Made by a program: the position numbers and the translations under genes
Source of the DNA: a virus
IMG/VR virus record: IMGVR_UViG_3300050821_002228
Strand: one strand, 5' to 3'
DNA length: 26,875 bases
Shown here: in pieces, positions 15,862-23,151 of the stretch
Position numbering within the stretch: position 1 is the first letter of the stretch
How the letters are laid out: every line of letters begins with the position of its first letter
Notes under the pieces: generated by a model
What the model saw: the letters and a program-made list of their open reading frames with translations, nothing else
Database searches by the model: none
Told to the model about the DNA's origin: nothing

Positions 15862-16182
15862 CTAGTCGTCCATGTCCAGCCCGTAGGCCAAACACACCTG
15901 CCGCACGTACCACGCCTCCTGCGTGTCGCTGTCCCATCCGGCCTGCGGGCCGCATTCCACCGACCGTTCCCCGTAGGCACGCATGGCGGCGCACACGGCG
16001 CCACGGACCTCCCGGGGGTTGTAGTCGTTACCGGAACCCAACCGGCAGTGTTCGAAGCTGTTGGCCGGGCGCTGACGGGTGGCGGCCTCGTCGAAGTAGA
16101 TCTCGCCGCCGTCCCGCATCAGCGCCGCCAACTGGTGCCGGTTGAACGTGGTGCGGACACGGATGGTCGCTTGGGTGGCCAT
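15862..16182 (-). CDS. hypothetical protein (106 aa)
   Basis: GGAGG RBS, TGATG coupling; MATQATIRVRTTF... Confidence 0.75.
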   Translation of the reverse strand: MATQATIRVRTTFNRHQLAALMRDGGEIYFDEAATRQRPANSFEHCRLGSGNDYNPREVRGAVCAAMRAYGERSVECGPQAGWDSDTQEAWYVRQVCLAYGLDMDD

Positions 16183-16478
16183 CAGTCCGCCTCCAGCACA
16201 CCGGCGATCAGGTCCCGCAGCGCAATCACGATGGCCTTCTGCATCTTCGTGATCTGGTCGCCGTCGGGTTCCGTCCGCGACTCGTCGAACCCGAGGGAGT
16301 AGCCGTTGATGCTGTGTTCCACCTGCCACCCGGTGATGGGCGTGGACGCGTCGTCCGTCGTCTCATGCTCCGGCCACACGTCCGCCGTCAACACCAGCGG
16401 CGTACGCACCTGGAACCCGCCGCTGCGGGCGTCCGGCGCCGTCACCGGCGCGTAGGGCTTCGTCTGGTTGTCGGTCAT
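16182..16478 (-). CDS. hypothetical protein (98 aa)
   Basis: CCGGAGGACGAC-ATG; MTDNQTKPY... Confidence 0.78.
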   Translation of the reverse strand: MTDNQTKPYAPVTAPDARSGGFQVRTPLVLTADVWPEHETTDDASTPITGWQVEHSINGYSLGFDESRTEPDGDQITKMQKAIVIALRDLIAGVLEAD

Positions 16479-16515
16479 GTCGTCCTCCGGTCTCGGCCCC
16501 CGGTTAGGGCCGCTG

Positions 16516-16588
16516 TGCTTCCGACGGGATTCGAACCCGCGTCTTCCCGGTAGGTAACCCGGTCCTCTGTCCACTGAGGTACGGAAGC
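16516..16588 (-). tRNA. atypical tRNA: Arg-like body, nominal anticodon ACC
   Basis: GCTTCCG/CGGAAGC-A, D arm CCTC-AGTGGACA-GAGG, T arm GCGGG-TTCGAAT-CCCGT; the anticodon arm CCGGG-TTACCTA-CCGGG has a G-G mismatch and U37. Confidence 0.75.
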
Positions 16589-16622
16589 GGTGCCCCGGCG
16601 TCGGCGCGCCGGGGCGGTGACG

Positions 16623-17084
16623 CTAGTTGTTGGTGCAGCCGGACCCGGCCGGGGGCGGCGTGACCACAGCCTCCACCTGGAGGATGTTCGGCCACATGGA
16701 CAGTAGCCCGTTGCGGTAGCCGCGCACCTTCAGCTTGTACACGCCGCCGGGGCACAGGGAGCCGGTGACGTCGGAGCTGTTGAACTTCCCGGCCAACAGG
16801 GAGTCCGAGTTTTTGAACGTGCCGCCGGACGTGTACACCAGGTTGGTGCAGGACGAGCCGTTGGTGCAGGTCTGGCCGGTCTTGTTGATCTTGACGGTGA
16901 CCTCGCGGGTGGAGTTCATGTACATGGTCCACACCAGCGCGATCACAACAGCGATCGCGACCACGACGGCAGCCGCGCCGCCCCACAACTTGATCATCCG
17001 GTTGCGGTCGCGCCGTGCCTGCAACTGACGCGCCTGCAACCGCCGGGCCTCGTACCCGCTGCGGTCTTCACCTGCGTAGTTCAT
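16623..17084 (-). CDS. single-TM secreted-domain protein (DUF1523-like)
   Basis: TM helix, then VTVKINKT...LVYT..GTFKNSDSLLAGKFNSSD...YKLKVRGYR....WPNI. Confidence 0.78.
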   Translation of the reverse strand: MNYAGEDRSGYEARRLQARQLQARRDRNRMIKLWGGAAAVVVAIAVVIALVWTMYMNSTREVTVKINKTGQTCTNGSSCTNLVYTSGGTFKNSDSLLAGKFNSSDVTGSLCPGGVYKLKVRGYRNGLLSMWPNILQVEAVVTPPPAGSGCTNN

Positions 17085-17126
17085 ATCTCCTCCGGTTCAC
17101 GACGGGTCACGGTGACCCGTCGTCGG

Positions 17127-17200
17127 TACCGCTAGCAGGGCTCGAACCCGCGACCTAGCCATTTATAAAGTGGCTGCTCTACCAACTGAGCTATAGCGGC
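17127..17200 (-). tRNA. atypical tRNA: nominal anticodon UAU (Ile), Thr-like acceptor stem
   Basis: GCCGCTA/TAGCGGT-A, GCTC-AGTTGGTA-GAGC, GCCAC-TTTATAA-ATGGC (C31-A39 mismatch), 6-nt variable region, GCGGG-TTCGAGC-CCTGC. Confidence 0.8.
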
Positions 17201-17227
17201 ATGTCCCCGGCGGACCGGGGGTTGGTG

Positions 17228-17545
17228 CTAGTTCTTGCGGGCGTACTGGGCTAGGGCGCCGTCGAGGGCCTCCCCGAACGGGGTGACCCACTCGGCGGGG
17301 AAGTCCCGGAGGATGTTCTGGAGGAGTTCGGTGAACCCCCACTCGTCGCGGCTGTGCGGCGCCGACATGGCGTCGGCGAACGGCTCCAGCTTGTCCTCCA
17401 GGAACGCGAGTGCGGCGCGGCCGGTGGTGGCGTAGTCGGCGTTGCTGGCGATGCGCCGCCAGAAGTCCTCGCTGTCGAACGCCCACGGGTCTTCGGTGAA
17501 GAAACCCACGATGGCGTCCATGACGGGGTTGGTGATGCTACTCAT
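17228..17545 (-). CDS. hypothetical protein
   Basis: GGAGGAG RBS, ATGA overlap, 105 aa. Confidence 0.78.
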   Translation of the reverse strand: MSSITNPVMDAIVGFFTEDPWAFDSEDFWRRIASNADYATTGRAALAFLEDKLEPFADAMSAPHSRDEWGFTELLQNILRDFPAEWVTPFGEALDGALAQYARKN

Positions 17546-17730
17546 TTGTTGATCTCCTCCACGATCATTCGGCGGGTGTTGCGCTGCTCCCGGCGTTTAA
17601 CGACCCGCTTTGATGTCTGCTTGGTGGACGGGCCGCCAAACCAGAAACACCGGCAGCCCCGGGCCGCGTCCTGACACGCCGGGCCACGGTTTGGTGCGTG
17701 ACGTCCCATCATGGGCGCGCCGTTCCGCAT
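17542..17730 (-). CDS. small basic protein (62 aa)
   Basis: GAGGAGG RBS; MRNGAPMMGRH...GCRC...KRVVKRREQRN. Confidence 0.65.
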   Translation of the reverse strand: MRNGAPMMGRHAPNRGPACQDAARGCRCFWFGGPSTKQTSKRVVKRREQRNTRRMIVEEINK

Positions 17731-17761
17731 ATATCGCCTCCTCACATCGGGTGGTGCTGCG

Positions 17762-17829
17762 CTGTGCCGCCGGGATTCGAACCCGGGTCGCCCCCGTCGG
17801 GGCCGTGTAGCCGTCACACGCTCGGCACA
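17762..17829 (-). ncRNA. tRNA-like RNA lacking an anticodon loop
   Basis: TGTGCCG/CGGCACA acceptor, CGTGT-GACGGCT-ACACG D-like arm, GCCCC-GACG-GGGGC tetraloop arm, CCGGG-TTCGAAT-CCCGG T arm. Confidence 0.75.
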
Positions 17830-17855
17830 TCAAGCCGGTTGCCCGGCCGATGGTT

Positions 17856-18083
17856 CTAGCTGGTCCACGCGCCGTCGTATCCGAACAGCTTCGCGACCCG
17901 GTCCGCCTGCGCCTGCATCAGGTCGTGTATCTCGTTGACGTCGGCGACGCTCAACAGTTCCCGTTCCGCGTCGGACATGTTTTCCTGCCAGTATCCGAGG
18001 ACTTTGGAAATGCCGTCCAACAGCATGTCCTGTGCCCACTCCTTCTTGTCGGTGCGGGTCTTGAGGTCTTTGATCTCCTGCAT
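17856..18083 (-). CDS. hypothetical protein (75 aa)
   Basis: CCGGAGG RBS; first gene after the promoter at 18122-18152. Confidence 0.8.
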   Translation of the reverse strand: MQEIKDLKTRTDKKEWAQDMLLDGISKVLGYWQENMSDAERELLSVADVNEIHDLMQAQADRVAKLFGYDGAWTS

Positions 18084-18121
18084 GTCGGGCGCCTCCGGGT
18101 TCGTGTTGTTCCGATGCGGGG

Positions 18122-18152
18122 ATCGTATCGCAGGGCCCTAAACGGTGTCTAG
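18122..18152 (-). promoter_or_regulatory. promoter TAGACA-N18-TACGAT with palindromic box
   Basis: Box CTAAACGGTGTCTAG (18138-18152) is identical to that at 14873-14887. Confidence 0.75.
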
Positions 18153-18169
18153 TGGTTCGGGGGATGTGG

Positions 18170-18397
18170 CTACAGAACGTTCCGACCATGACGCCGGGTC
18201 AAATGCAACCAACCACAATCACACGGATACACATAGAACGGCACACCCCGTCGCGACTCCAACCACGCAGCCTTGGCCTTCGCAGCCTCCACCGTCGCGA
18301 ACTGATTCCGCTTACCCGGTGACCGGCATGTGGTCGCGCGGGGCGTGTTCTCCCGATCCAACAACGCCTTGAACCGACGACGCCTGAACCTACTCAC
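18170..18397 (-). CDS. small Cys/His Zn-binding phage protein
   Basis: C..GK..F.T...A...YVYPCDCGWLHLT motif. Confidence 0.72.
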   Translation of the reverse strand: MSRFRRRRFKALLDRENTPRATTCRSPGKRNQFATVEAAKAKAAWLESRRGVPFYVYPCDCGWLHLTRRHGRNVL

Positions 18398-18590
18398 CCT
18401 CGGCCCCCGCCGGTTCGTCCGACCCGAACACGATCAGATCCGCCCGGTAGCACTCGTCATGCATCGGCGGCCCGAACGGCAACTCGCCGGGACGCACGAT
18501 CGTGGCCTCGGCCACGTCCACGGGAAACGTGCACACGAAACAATTACCCACTGGAAACTGTTTGGCGCGCCCGTGCCTGCCAGCCATCAT
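18390..18590 (-). CDS. small Zn-binding hypothetical protein
   Basis: CFVC...HDEC; GAGGAG RBS. Confidence 0.65.
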   Translation of the reverse strand: MMAGRHGRAKQFPVGNCFVCTFPVDVAEATIVRPGELPFGPPMHDECYRADLIVFGSDEPAGAEGE

Positions 18591-18612
18591 CTGCTCCTCT
18601 CCACGAAACGAT

Positions 18613-18640
18613 GGTGCGCCGCCCAGACAGGCGGCGCACC
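18613..18640 (-). terminator. intergenic GC hairpin
   Basis: GGTGCGCCGCC-N6-GGCGGCGCACC. Confidence 0.6.
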
Positions 18641-18650
18641 GGGGTTGCGG

Positions 18651-19022
18651 TCAAACAGTGGTCGGCTGGGGCACGGACTGCCGGAGCATCGCGATCTGGG
18701 CGCGCCACGCGGCGTTGAGGGTGCGGACGTTCGTCGTCCACTCGTCGCTGCCCCCGGGGCGGTACTTCACCGAGAAACCCAGCTCGTACGCTGTTTCCCA
18801 CGCGATGATCCGGCTGGACACGGCGTAGTGCCACCCGTCCACGTATCCGGCGGCCTTGGCCTCGTGGGCGTATGCCTGACCGAAGAAGCAGGAGTGACCG
18901 TCGCCGATGTTGAGCTTTGCGGGGTCGATCTTCCACACCCACTCGGGACCGAACTTGGTGTTGGCCCACTGGATGCCCGCCTTGACGAGGTTGGTGGCGT
19001 GCAGGTTGCTGTAGACGATCAT
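18651..19022 (-). CDS. phage hypothetical protein (123 aa)
   Basis: CCGGAGGAACGC-ATG; W..KID..KLNI....SCFFGQ...LGF...LNAAW motif. Confidence 0.8.
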   Translation of the reverse strand: MIVYSNLHATNLVKAGIQWANTKFGPEWVWKIDPAKLNIGDGHSCFFGQAYAHEAKAAGYVDGWHYAVSSRIIAWETAYELGFSVKYRPGGSDEWTTNVRTLNAAWRAQIAMLRQSVPQPTTV

Positions 19023-19061
19023 GCGTTCCTCCGGGGTGTCGTTCCTACATCTACCAGCGGC

Positions 19062-19091
19062 ATCGTATCGCAAACCCTAAACGCCGTACAG
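19062..19091 (-). promoter_or_regulatory. promoter TGTACG-N17-TACGAT with palindromic box
   Basis: Box CTAAACGCCGTACAG at 19077-19091. Confidence 0.65.
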
Positions 19092-19213
19092 TCCCCTGCC
19101 GTCAGTATCGTAAATGCTGTACCATCATGCCCAGTACCCGCAGCACAGCGGGAACCACCCCGCAGCCCTGTCACCCTCCCCCCGACAGGGCTGCACCTAT
19201 TACCGGAGGACCA

Positions 19214-19720
19214 ATGAGCAACCAACGCGGACCCCGCACATACCCCAACGGGTCCGAGATCACCGTCACCATGCCCAACCCCGACGCCAGCCCCACCGTC
19301 GTCACCCCTCTCCCCGCCCTCCGTGACGCCATGCGGACCAGCAACCGTCCCGAGAACGTCCACGACCTCCCCCTCTGGCGCCCCGGCATCTCCGCACCCC
19401 CCGCCGCCGCCGCACCCCCGACCCCGGCCGAACAGACCGAGATCGGGACCGTCGCCGCACAGGTGGTCGGCCACGCGTACAAGCGGCAGTTCGACGTGCT
19501 CCGAAACGAGATGCGCGCCGAACCCCGCAAGGTCATCGACGACCTCAACGACATCGTGGCCGCGTCCCTCATGGACATGCACGCGTTCATGGCCGAACTG
19601 GACGGCGTGGCCGAGGCCATGGGGTTCCGGTCGGCGGCCGTCCGCCGACTGGGCAAGGGCCTGGTCACCGGCGACATGACCGCCGCCGCTGTGCTGGAGG
19701 AGCTGCACGCCATAGGATGA
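19214..19720 (+). CDS. hypothetical protein (168 aa)
   Basis: CCGGAGGACCA-ATG; GC3-rich codons; the only rightward gene in this stretch. Confidence 0.78.
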   Translation: MSNQRGPRTYPNGSEITVTMPNPDASPTVVTPLPALRDAMRTSNRPENVHDLPLWRPGISAPPAAAAPPTPAEQTEIGTVAAQVVGHAYKRQFDVLRNEMRAEPRKVIDDLNDIVAASLMDMHAFMAELDGVAEAMGFRSAAVRRLGKGLVTGDMTAAAVLEELHAIG

Positions 19721-19747
19721 TCCCGGGAAGAGGGATGTAACCGAGGT

Positions 19748-19855
19748 TCTGCCCCCGTTTCGGCGAACGGGGGCAGAGAGACGCGCTATGTGGTTCTCCT
19801 CCGGGTCACGGGCGCGCACGAACCCCCCGGCACCATCGGTGTCCGGGGGGTTCGT
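19748..19855. terminator. two hairpins between convergent genes
   Basis: TCTGCCCCCGTT..AACGGGGGCAGA (19748-19777) and ACGAACCCCCCGG..CCGGGGGGTTCGT (19818-19855). Confidence 0.7.
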
Positions 19856-19865
19856 TTATGCGCTG

Positions 19866-20060
19866 TCAGGCGGCTGTGCGGGCCGGAAACCGGCGCGCGG
19901 CCCACGGCACCAGCCCCCCGGCCGTCAGCCACACCATGCCGTCCCCTAGGCAGGTTTCACACGGCCGGGTCGCGGTCTCGTCCACCACCCCGTTGATCTC
20001 TATCATGACGGCGCGTACACGGCTGCCGTTGCAGATCGGGCAGTTGATCAGGGTGTCCAT
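19866..20060 (-). CDS. small DnaJ-type zinc-finger protein
   Basis: CPICNGS...CETCLGDG; CCGGAGGAATC-ATG. Confidence 0.75.
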   Translation of the reverse strand: MDTLINCPICNGSRVRAVMIEINGVVDETATRPCETCLGDGMVWLTAGGLVPWAARRFPARTAA

Positions 20061-20090
20061 GATTCCTCCGGGATTTACACGGGACCTCGG

Positions 20091-20354
20091 CTAGTCCTCG
20101 TAGTAGTCGTGCCCGTCCTCGTCGTCTTCCCCGAGCACGTCATCGGTATGCAGCGAACACCGGTCCGTTCCCGGTTCGGCGTCCTCGTCGCAGCCCTCCG
20201 GCGGCTCGTCGAACCGGCCGAGGTTGTACACGTAGGTGCAGGTGCCCGTGTCCGGGCCGTTGTGGGCCGCGCAGCGGTCGTCGTACGCCTCAGCCACGTC
20301 GTCGCATTCGGGGGCCGTACAGACCGTTGTGGGGATGGTGGGGGCGGGCATCAT
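20091..20354 (-). CDS. acidic Cys/His-repeat protein (87 aa)
   Basis: Two C..C..RCxxH units; ATGA overlap. Confidence 0.72.
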   Translation of the reverse strand: MMPAPTIPTTVCTAPECDDVAEAYDDRCAAHNGPDTGTCTYVYNLGRFDEPPEGCDEDAEPGTDRCSLHTDDVLGEDDEDGHDYYED

Positions 20355-20638
20355 GGCGTTTCCTCCGGGGCGTTGTCGGCGGCAGCGAATTCGGTGGGCG
20401 GGCGGTGGCGTTCCATCTCGGTGCGGTGTGCCGTCCATGCGGCCACAACCACCGGGTACGACCACACGCGGCCCGACTGGAGCGTGTCCACCGGCGGGGG
20501 GAACCACGCGGCGTCGGCGTACTGGGACACCCGGCCCTTGGACACGCCCATCAGTTGCGCGATCTCGAAGACGGAGCAGAGCTTCCCCTGCCATACCGTC
20601 TTCGGCTTTGGCGGGCGGGGCTTGCGGGTGGTCGGCAT
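20351..20638 (-). CDS. AlpA/excisionase-like HTH DNA-binding protein
   Basis: EIAQLMGVSKGRVSQY....FPPPV..L.SGRVW. Confidence 0.85.
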   Translation of the reverse strand: MPTTRKPRPPKPKTVWQGKLCSVFEIAQLMGVSKGRVSQYADAAWFPPPVDTLQSGRVWSYPVVVAAWTAHRTEMERHRPPTEFAAADNAPEETP

Positions 20639-20668
20639 ACTGCCTCCTGTGGCGTTGGTGATGTTGGT

Positions 20669-20698
20669 ATCGTACCCGACACCCTGAACACCGTAAAC
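20669..20698 (-). promoter_or_regulatory. promoter TTTACG-N17-TACGAT with palindromic box
   Basis: Box CTGAACACCGTAAAC at 20684-20698, directly upstream of the HTH gene. Confidence 0.65.
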
Positions 20699-20726
20699 CC
20701 CCCGGACGTGATGTCCGGGGGGTTTA
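20694..20726 (-). terminator. terminator after the DUF932 gene
   Basis: TAAACCCCCCGGAC-N5-GTCCGGGGGGTTTA. Confidence 0.7.
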
Positions 20727-20742
20727 ACGTGCGGCTCAGGGA

Positions 20743-21747
20743 TCAGATACCGACGAGGATGTTGTACGCCTTCGTCGTGGCGTCCGCCCCGTTGTCGTCC
20801 AGGTTGTTCCGGATCGCGCGCCGGATCGTCTTGTCCGCCTCGCTACCGTTCGCCGGGGACGCCCAGTCCTTCCACTCGGTGTAACCCTGCCACGCGCCGT
20901 AGGCGGTGTTCCGCAGCTCCGCCGGGATGTTCGGGGAGAACTGGATCAGGGCCCGGACCTCGTCCCGCTTGTTCTCGGCCCGCGTGATCACCTGCTGCGC
21001 CACACCCGGCTCGTCCTTGATCGGGAACAGCGCCGCCAGGAAGTCCTCGACGTCCGCCGACGCCAGCTTCTTCGCCGCCAGCCGGTCACACGCGGACACG
21101 AACGCGGCCTCGTACTCGCCGACGGCGCCCAGCACCCGCGCGGCCTCGGCCAGACGCTCGTTGACCTTGGCGGTGTGGCGGACCTTCACCCGGCGCACGT
21201 GGTTCCGCAGGGCCATGTTCAGCGTGTTCTGGCAGACGACCCGGACCGGCGTGATCAGGGCCTCGACCGGCGCGGTGCCGTCGTGGCTGGTCGTGATCAG
21301 CGTGTACATCTGGATCCGGTCGCCACCGGCCACCAGCGTCTCGCTCGGCATCTCCATGGTGACGAACACCCGGCGGCCGTTGTTGATCGAACCGGCGGTT
21401 TCGAACTTGGCGCCGCCGAGGTCCTTGAACGCGTCCAGGAATGCGAACGCCTGCTCGTTGGACACCAGGCCGTAGTTGCTGGACACGTGGCCGAGGACGT
21501 CGATCTTGCCCTCGGTCCAGGGGTTGTCGCGGACGACGCGGGCGAAGCCCTCGACGGGGACGAAGTTTTCCTCGACCAGCGCGACGTCCGGGACCATGCG
21601 CAGGTTCCAGGAGGCGAGGTGGGCGACCTTCAGGGCGTCCTCGGCGGTCAGGGCGCCGTCGGTGACGGTTCCGAGTCCGTGCCATGCGGGCTGGCGGGCG
21701 GTGAAGAAGGCGGCGGCGTCGGCGAAGACTTCGATCTCGTGGCTCAT
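20743..21747 (-). CDS. DUF932 / TIGR03299-family phage-plasmid protein
   Basis: MSHEIE...PAWHGLG...FETAGSINNGRRVF...TSHDG...TPVRVVCQNTL...RHT...TAYGAWQGYTEW.D. Confidence 0.9.
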   Translation of the reverse strand: MSHEIEVFADAAAFFTARQPAWHGLGTVTDGALTAEDALKVAHLASWNLRMVPDVALVEENFVPVEGFARVVRDNPWTEGKIDVLGHVSSNYGLVSNEQAFAFLDAFKDLGGAKFETAGSINNGRRVFVTMEMPSETLVAGGDRIQMYTLITTSHDGTAPVEALITPVRVVCQNTLNMALRNHVRRVKVRHTAKVNERLAEAARVLGAVGEYEAAFVSACDRLAAKKLASADVEDFLAALFPIKDEPGVAQQVITRAENKRDEVRALIQFSPNIPAELRNTAYGAWQGYTEWKDWASPANGSEADKTIRRAIRNNLDDNGADATTKAYNILVGI

Positions 21748-21803
21748 GATTTCCTCCGGGTTGTGAGCCTTGGTGTTCGGTACGGCGTGTACCGACAGGA
21801 CAT

Positions 21804-21832
21804 ACGTTACGCGGGGCGTGGGGGGTTGTCGA
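21804..21832 (-). promoter_or_regulatory. promoter TCGACA-N17-TAACGT
   Basis: Same pattern as 7684-7712. Confidence 0.55.
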
Positions 21833-21851
21833 GCCGGTACAGGAATCAATT

Positions 21852-21911
21852 AGAAAATGTCCCCGACGCCCGTACAGCCACGCTGACGGGCCCACGGACC
21901 GGCCGGGGACA
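21852..21911 (-). terminator. long bulged hairpin with U-rich tail
   Basis: TGTCCCCGGC..GCCCGT-CAGC-GTG-GCTG-T-ACGGGC-GTCGGGGACA-TTTTCT. Confidence 0.55.
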
Positions 21912-21928
21912 ACTACACCCACACACGT

Positions 21929-21965
21929 GCGCAGGGCCCCTAGACGGTGCCTAGGGGCCCTGCGC
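21929..21965. repeat. 37-bp palindrome centred on an operator-like box
   Basis: GCGCAGGGCCCCTAG-ACGGTGC-CTAGGGGCCCTGCGC. Confidence 0.7.
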
Positions 21966-21979
21966 GGTGCGGTCCGGTG

Positions 21980-23107
21980 TTACTCAGCGGCCGGGGCGGC
22001 GACCGGGGCAACCGGGTTGTACACGAACTTCTTGCGGTTGCCGTGGTTCACGCGGGTCACACCGGTGGACGGGTCGGCAGCCAGGCGCTCGTGCGCAGCG
22101 GACGGGTAGTCCGGCAGCCCCAGCGCGTTCTGCGTCTCGCGGACGGTGAACTCGACACCGGGGTTCGCCATCAGGTGCTCCAGGATCGGGCCCATCTGCT
22201 TGCCCTTGCCGCCACCGGCGGACGGGGCCGGGTCGTTGCGGTACGCCGCCAGCAGACGCACTCGCCGGGGCTTCGCCGTCTCGACCACCGGGGCGTCCAC
22301 GGTCGCGGCCGGGGTGTCGTCCTCGTCGTCGTCCGCCGGGGCGTTGTCGCTGTCGTCGTCGGTCGGCTGCGGGTCCTCGTTGTCGTCGTTCATGCTGTTC
22401 CAACCGGCCTCCGGCTCGTCGTTGCCGGGCAGGTGACCGGTGGACTCAACGGCCTCGTCGATCTCGGCACCGGCCGCCGCGTCGGCGTCCTGCGCGGCGA
22501 TCTCGTCCATGGCCTGCTCGATCTGGTCGGCGACCATGGCGGCGTTGATCCCGGCGAACCACACCACGGCCTGACCCGGCTTGCCCTGCTCGGTGCCGGT
22601 GACCAGACCGGCCGCCTTCAGGGTGTTTAGCGCGACCCTGACCTTGGGGAGGATGATCCCGGTCGCGTCCACGATGTCCTTCGCGGTGCCGGACCCGGCG
22701 TTCAGGATGGCGGCGTACACGGGGCGCAGCGCCGGGGTCTCGGTGATGCCCTCGGGCAGGACCACGGTCTCGGCGGTCACGGCCTGCGGGTCGGTGTCGG
22801 CGTGGATCTCGTCCAGGATGGCCTTGGCGAACTCCTCGGGGCTGATCGCCATGGTCGGGAACTCCGGCTCGGTGGTGGTGGTCTCGGTCTCGGCCAGCTT
22901 GTTCAGCTTGCGGAGGACGGCGTGGAGGGAGCCGCGCGGGTGGGCGTTTCCGCCGCCGAGCTGGCCGATGGTCTGCTCGACGAGGGCGATGGCCTCGGCG
23001 ACGGTCCCGGTGAAGGTGGCGGTGGTGGCGGTGGTGGTGACGCCGGTCAGCATGGTCTCGTTGATGGCGGCGACGTTCAGGGCGGAGAGCTTCTTGATGG
23101 TGGTCAT
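21980..23107 (-). CDS. acidic protein with winged-HTH domain(s)
   Basis: VYAAILNAGSGTAKDIVDATGIILPKVRVALNTLKAAGLV (TrmB/MarR-like); possible second wHTH ILEHLMANPGVEFTVRETQNALG. Confidence 0.78.
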   Translation of the reverse strand: MTTIKKLSALNVAAINETMLTGVTTTATTATFTGTVAEAIALVEQTIGQLGGGNAHPRGSLHAVLRKLNKLAETETTTTEPEFPTMAISPEEFAKAILDEIHADTDPQAVTAETVVLPEGITETPALRPVYAAILNAGSGTAKDIVDATGIILPKVRVALNTLKAAGLVTGTEQGKPGQAVVWFAGINAAMVADQIEQAMDEIAAQDADAAAGAEIDEAVESTGHLPGNDEPEAGWNSMNDDNEDPQPTDDDSDNAPADDDEDDTPAATVDAPVVETAKPRRVRLLAAYRNDPAPSAGGGKGKQMGPILEHLMANPGVEFTVRETQNALGLPDYPSAAHERLAADPSTGVTRVNHGNRKKFVYNPVAPVAAPAAE

Positions 23108-23151
23108 TTCGGGTTCCTCCGGTTTTGTTGGTGTGTTCTTGCGATGTGACC

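Noticed and set aside
17762-17829. tmRNA or Y RNA identity for the tRNA mimic
   Set aside because: No G3-U70 alanine acceptor or tag ORF; no recognisable Ro-binding stem and no Ro/Rsr gene in the window. A covariance search is still needed.
15761-17829. tRNAs as prophage attachment sites or island boundaries
   Set aside because: No integrase or duplicated tRNA 3' end is seen, and phage-type genes continue seamlessly on both sides.
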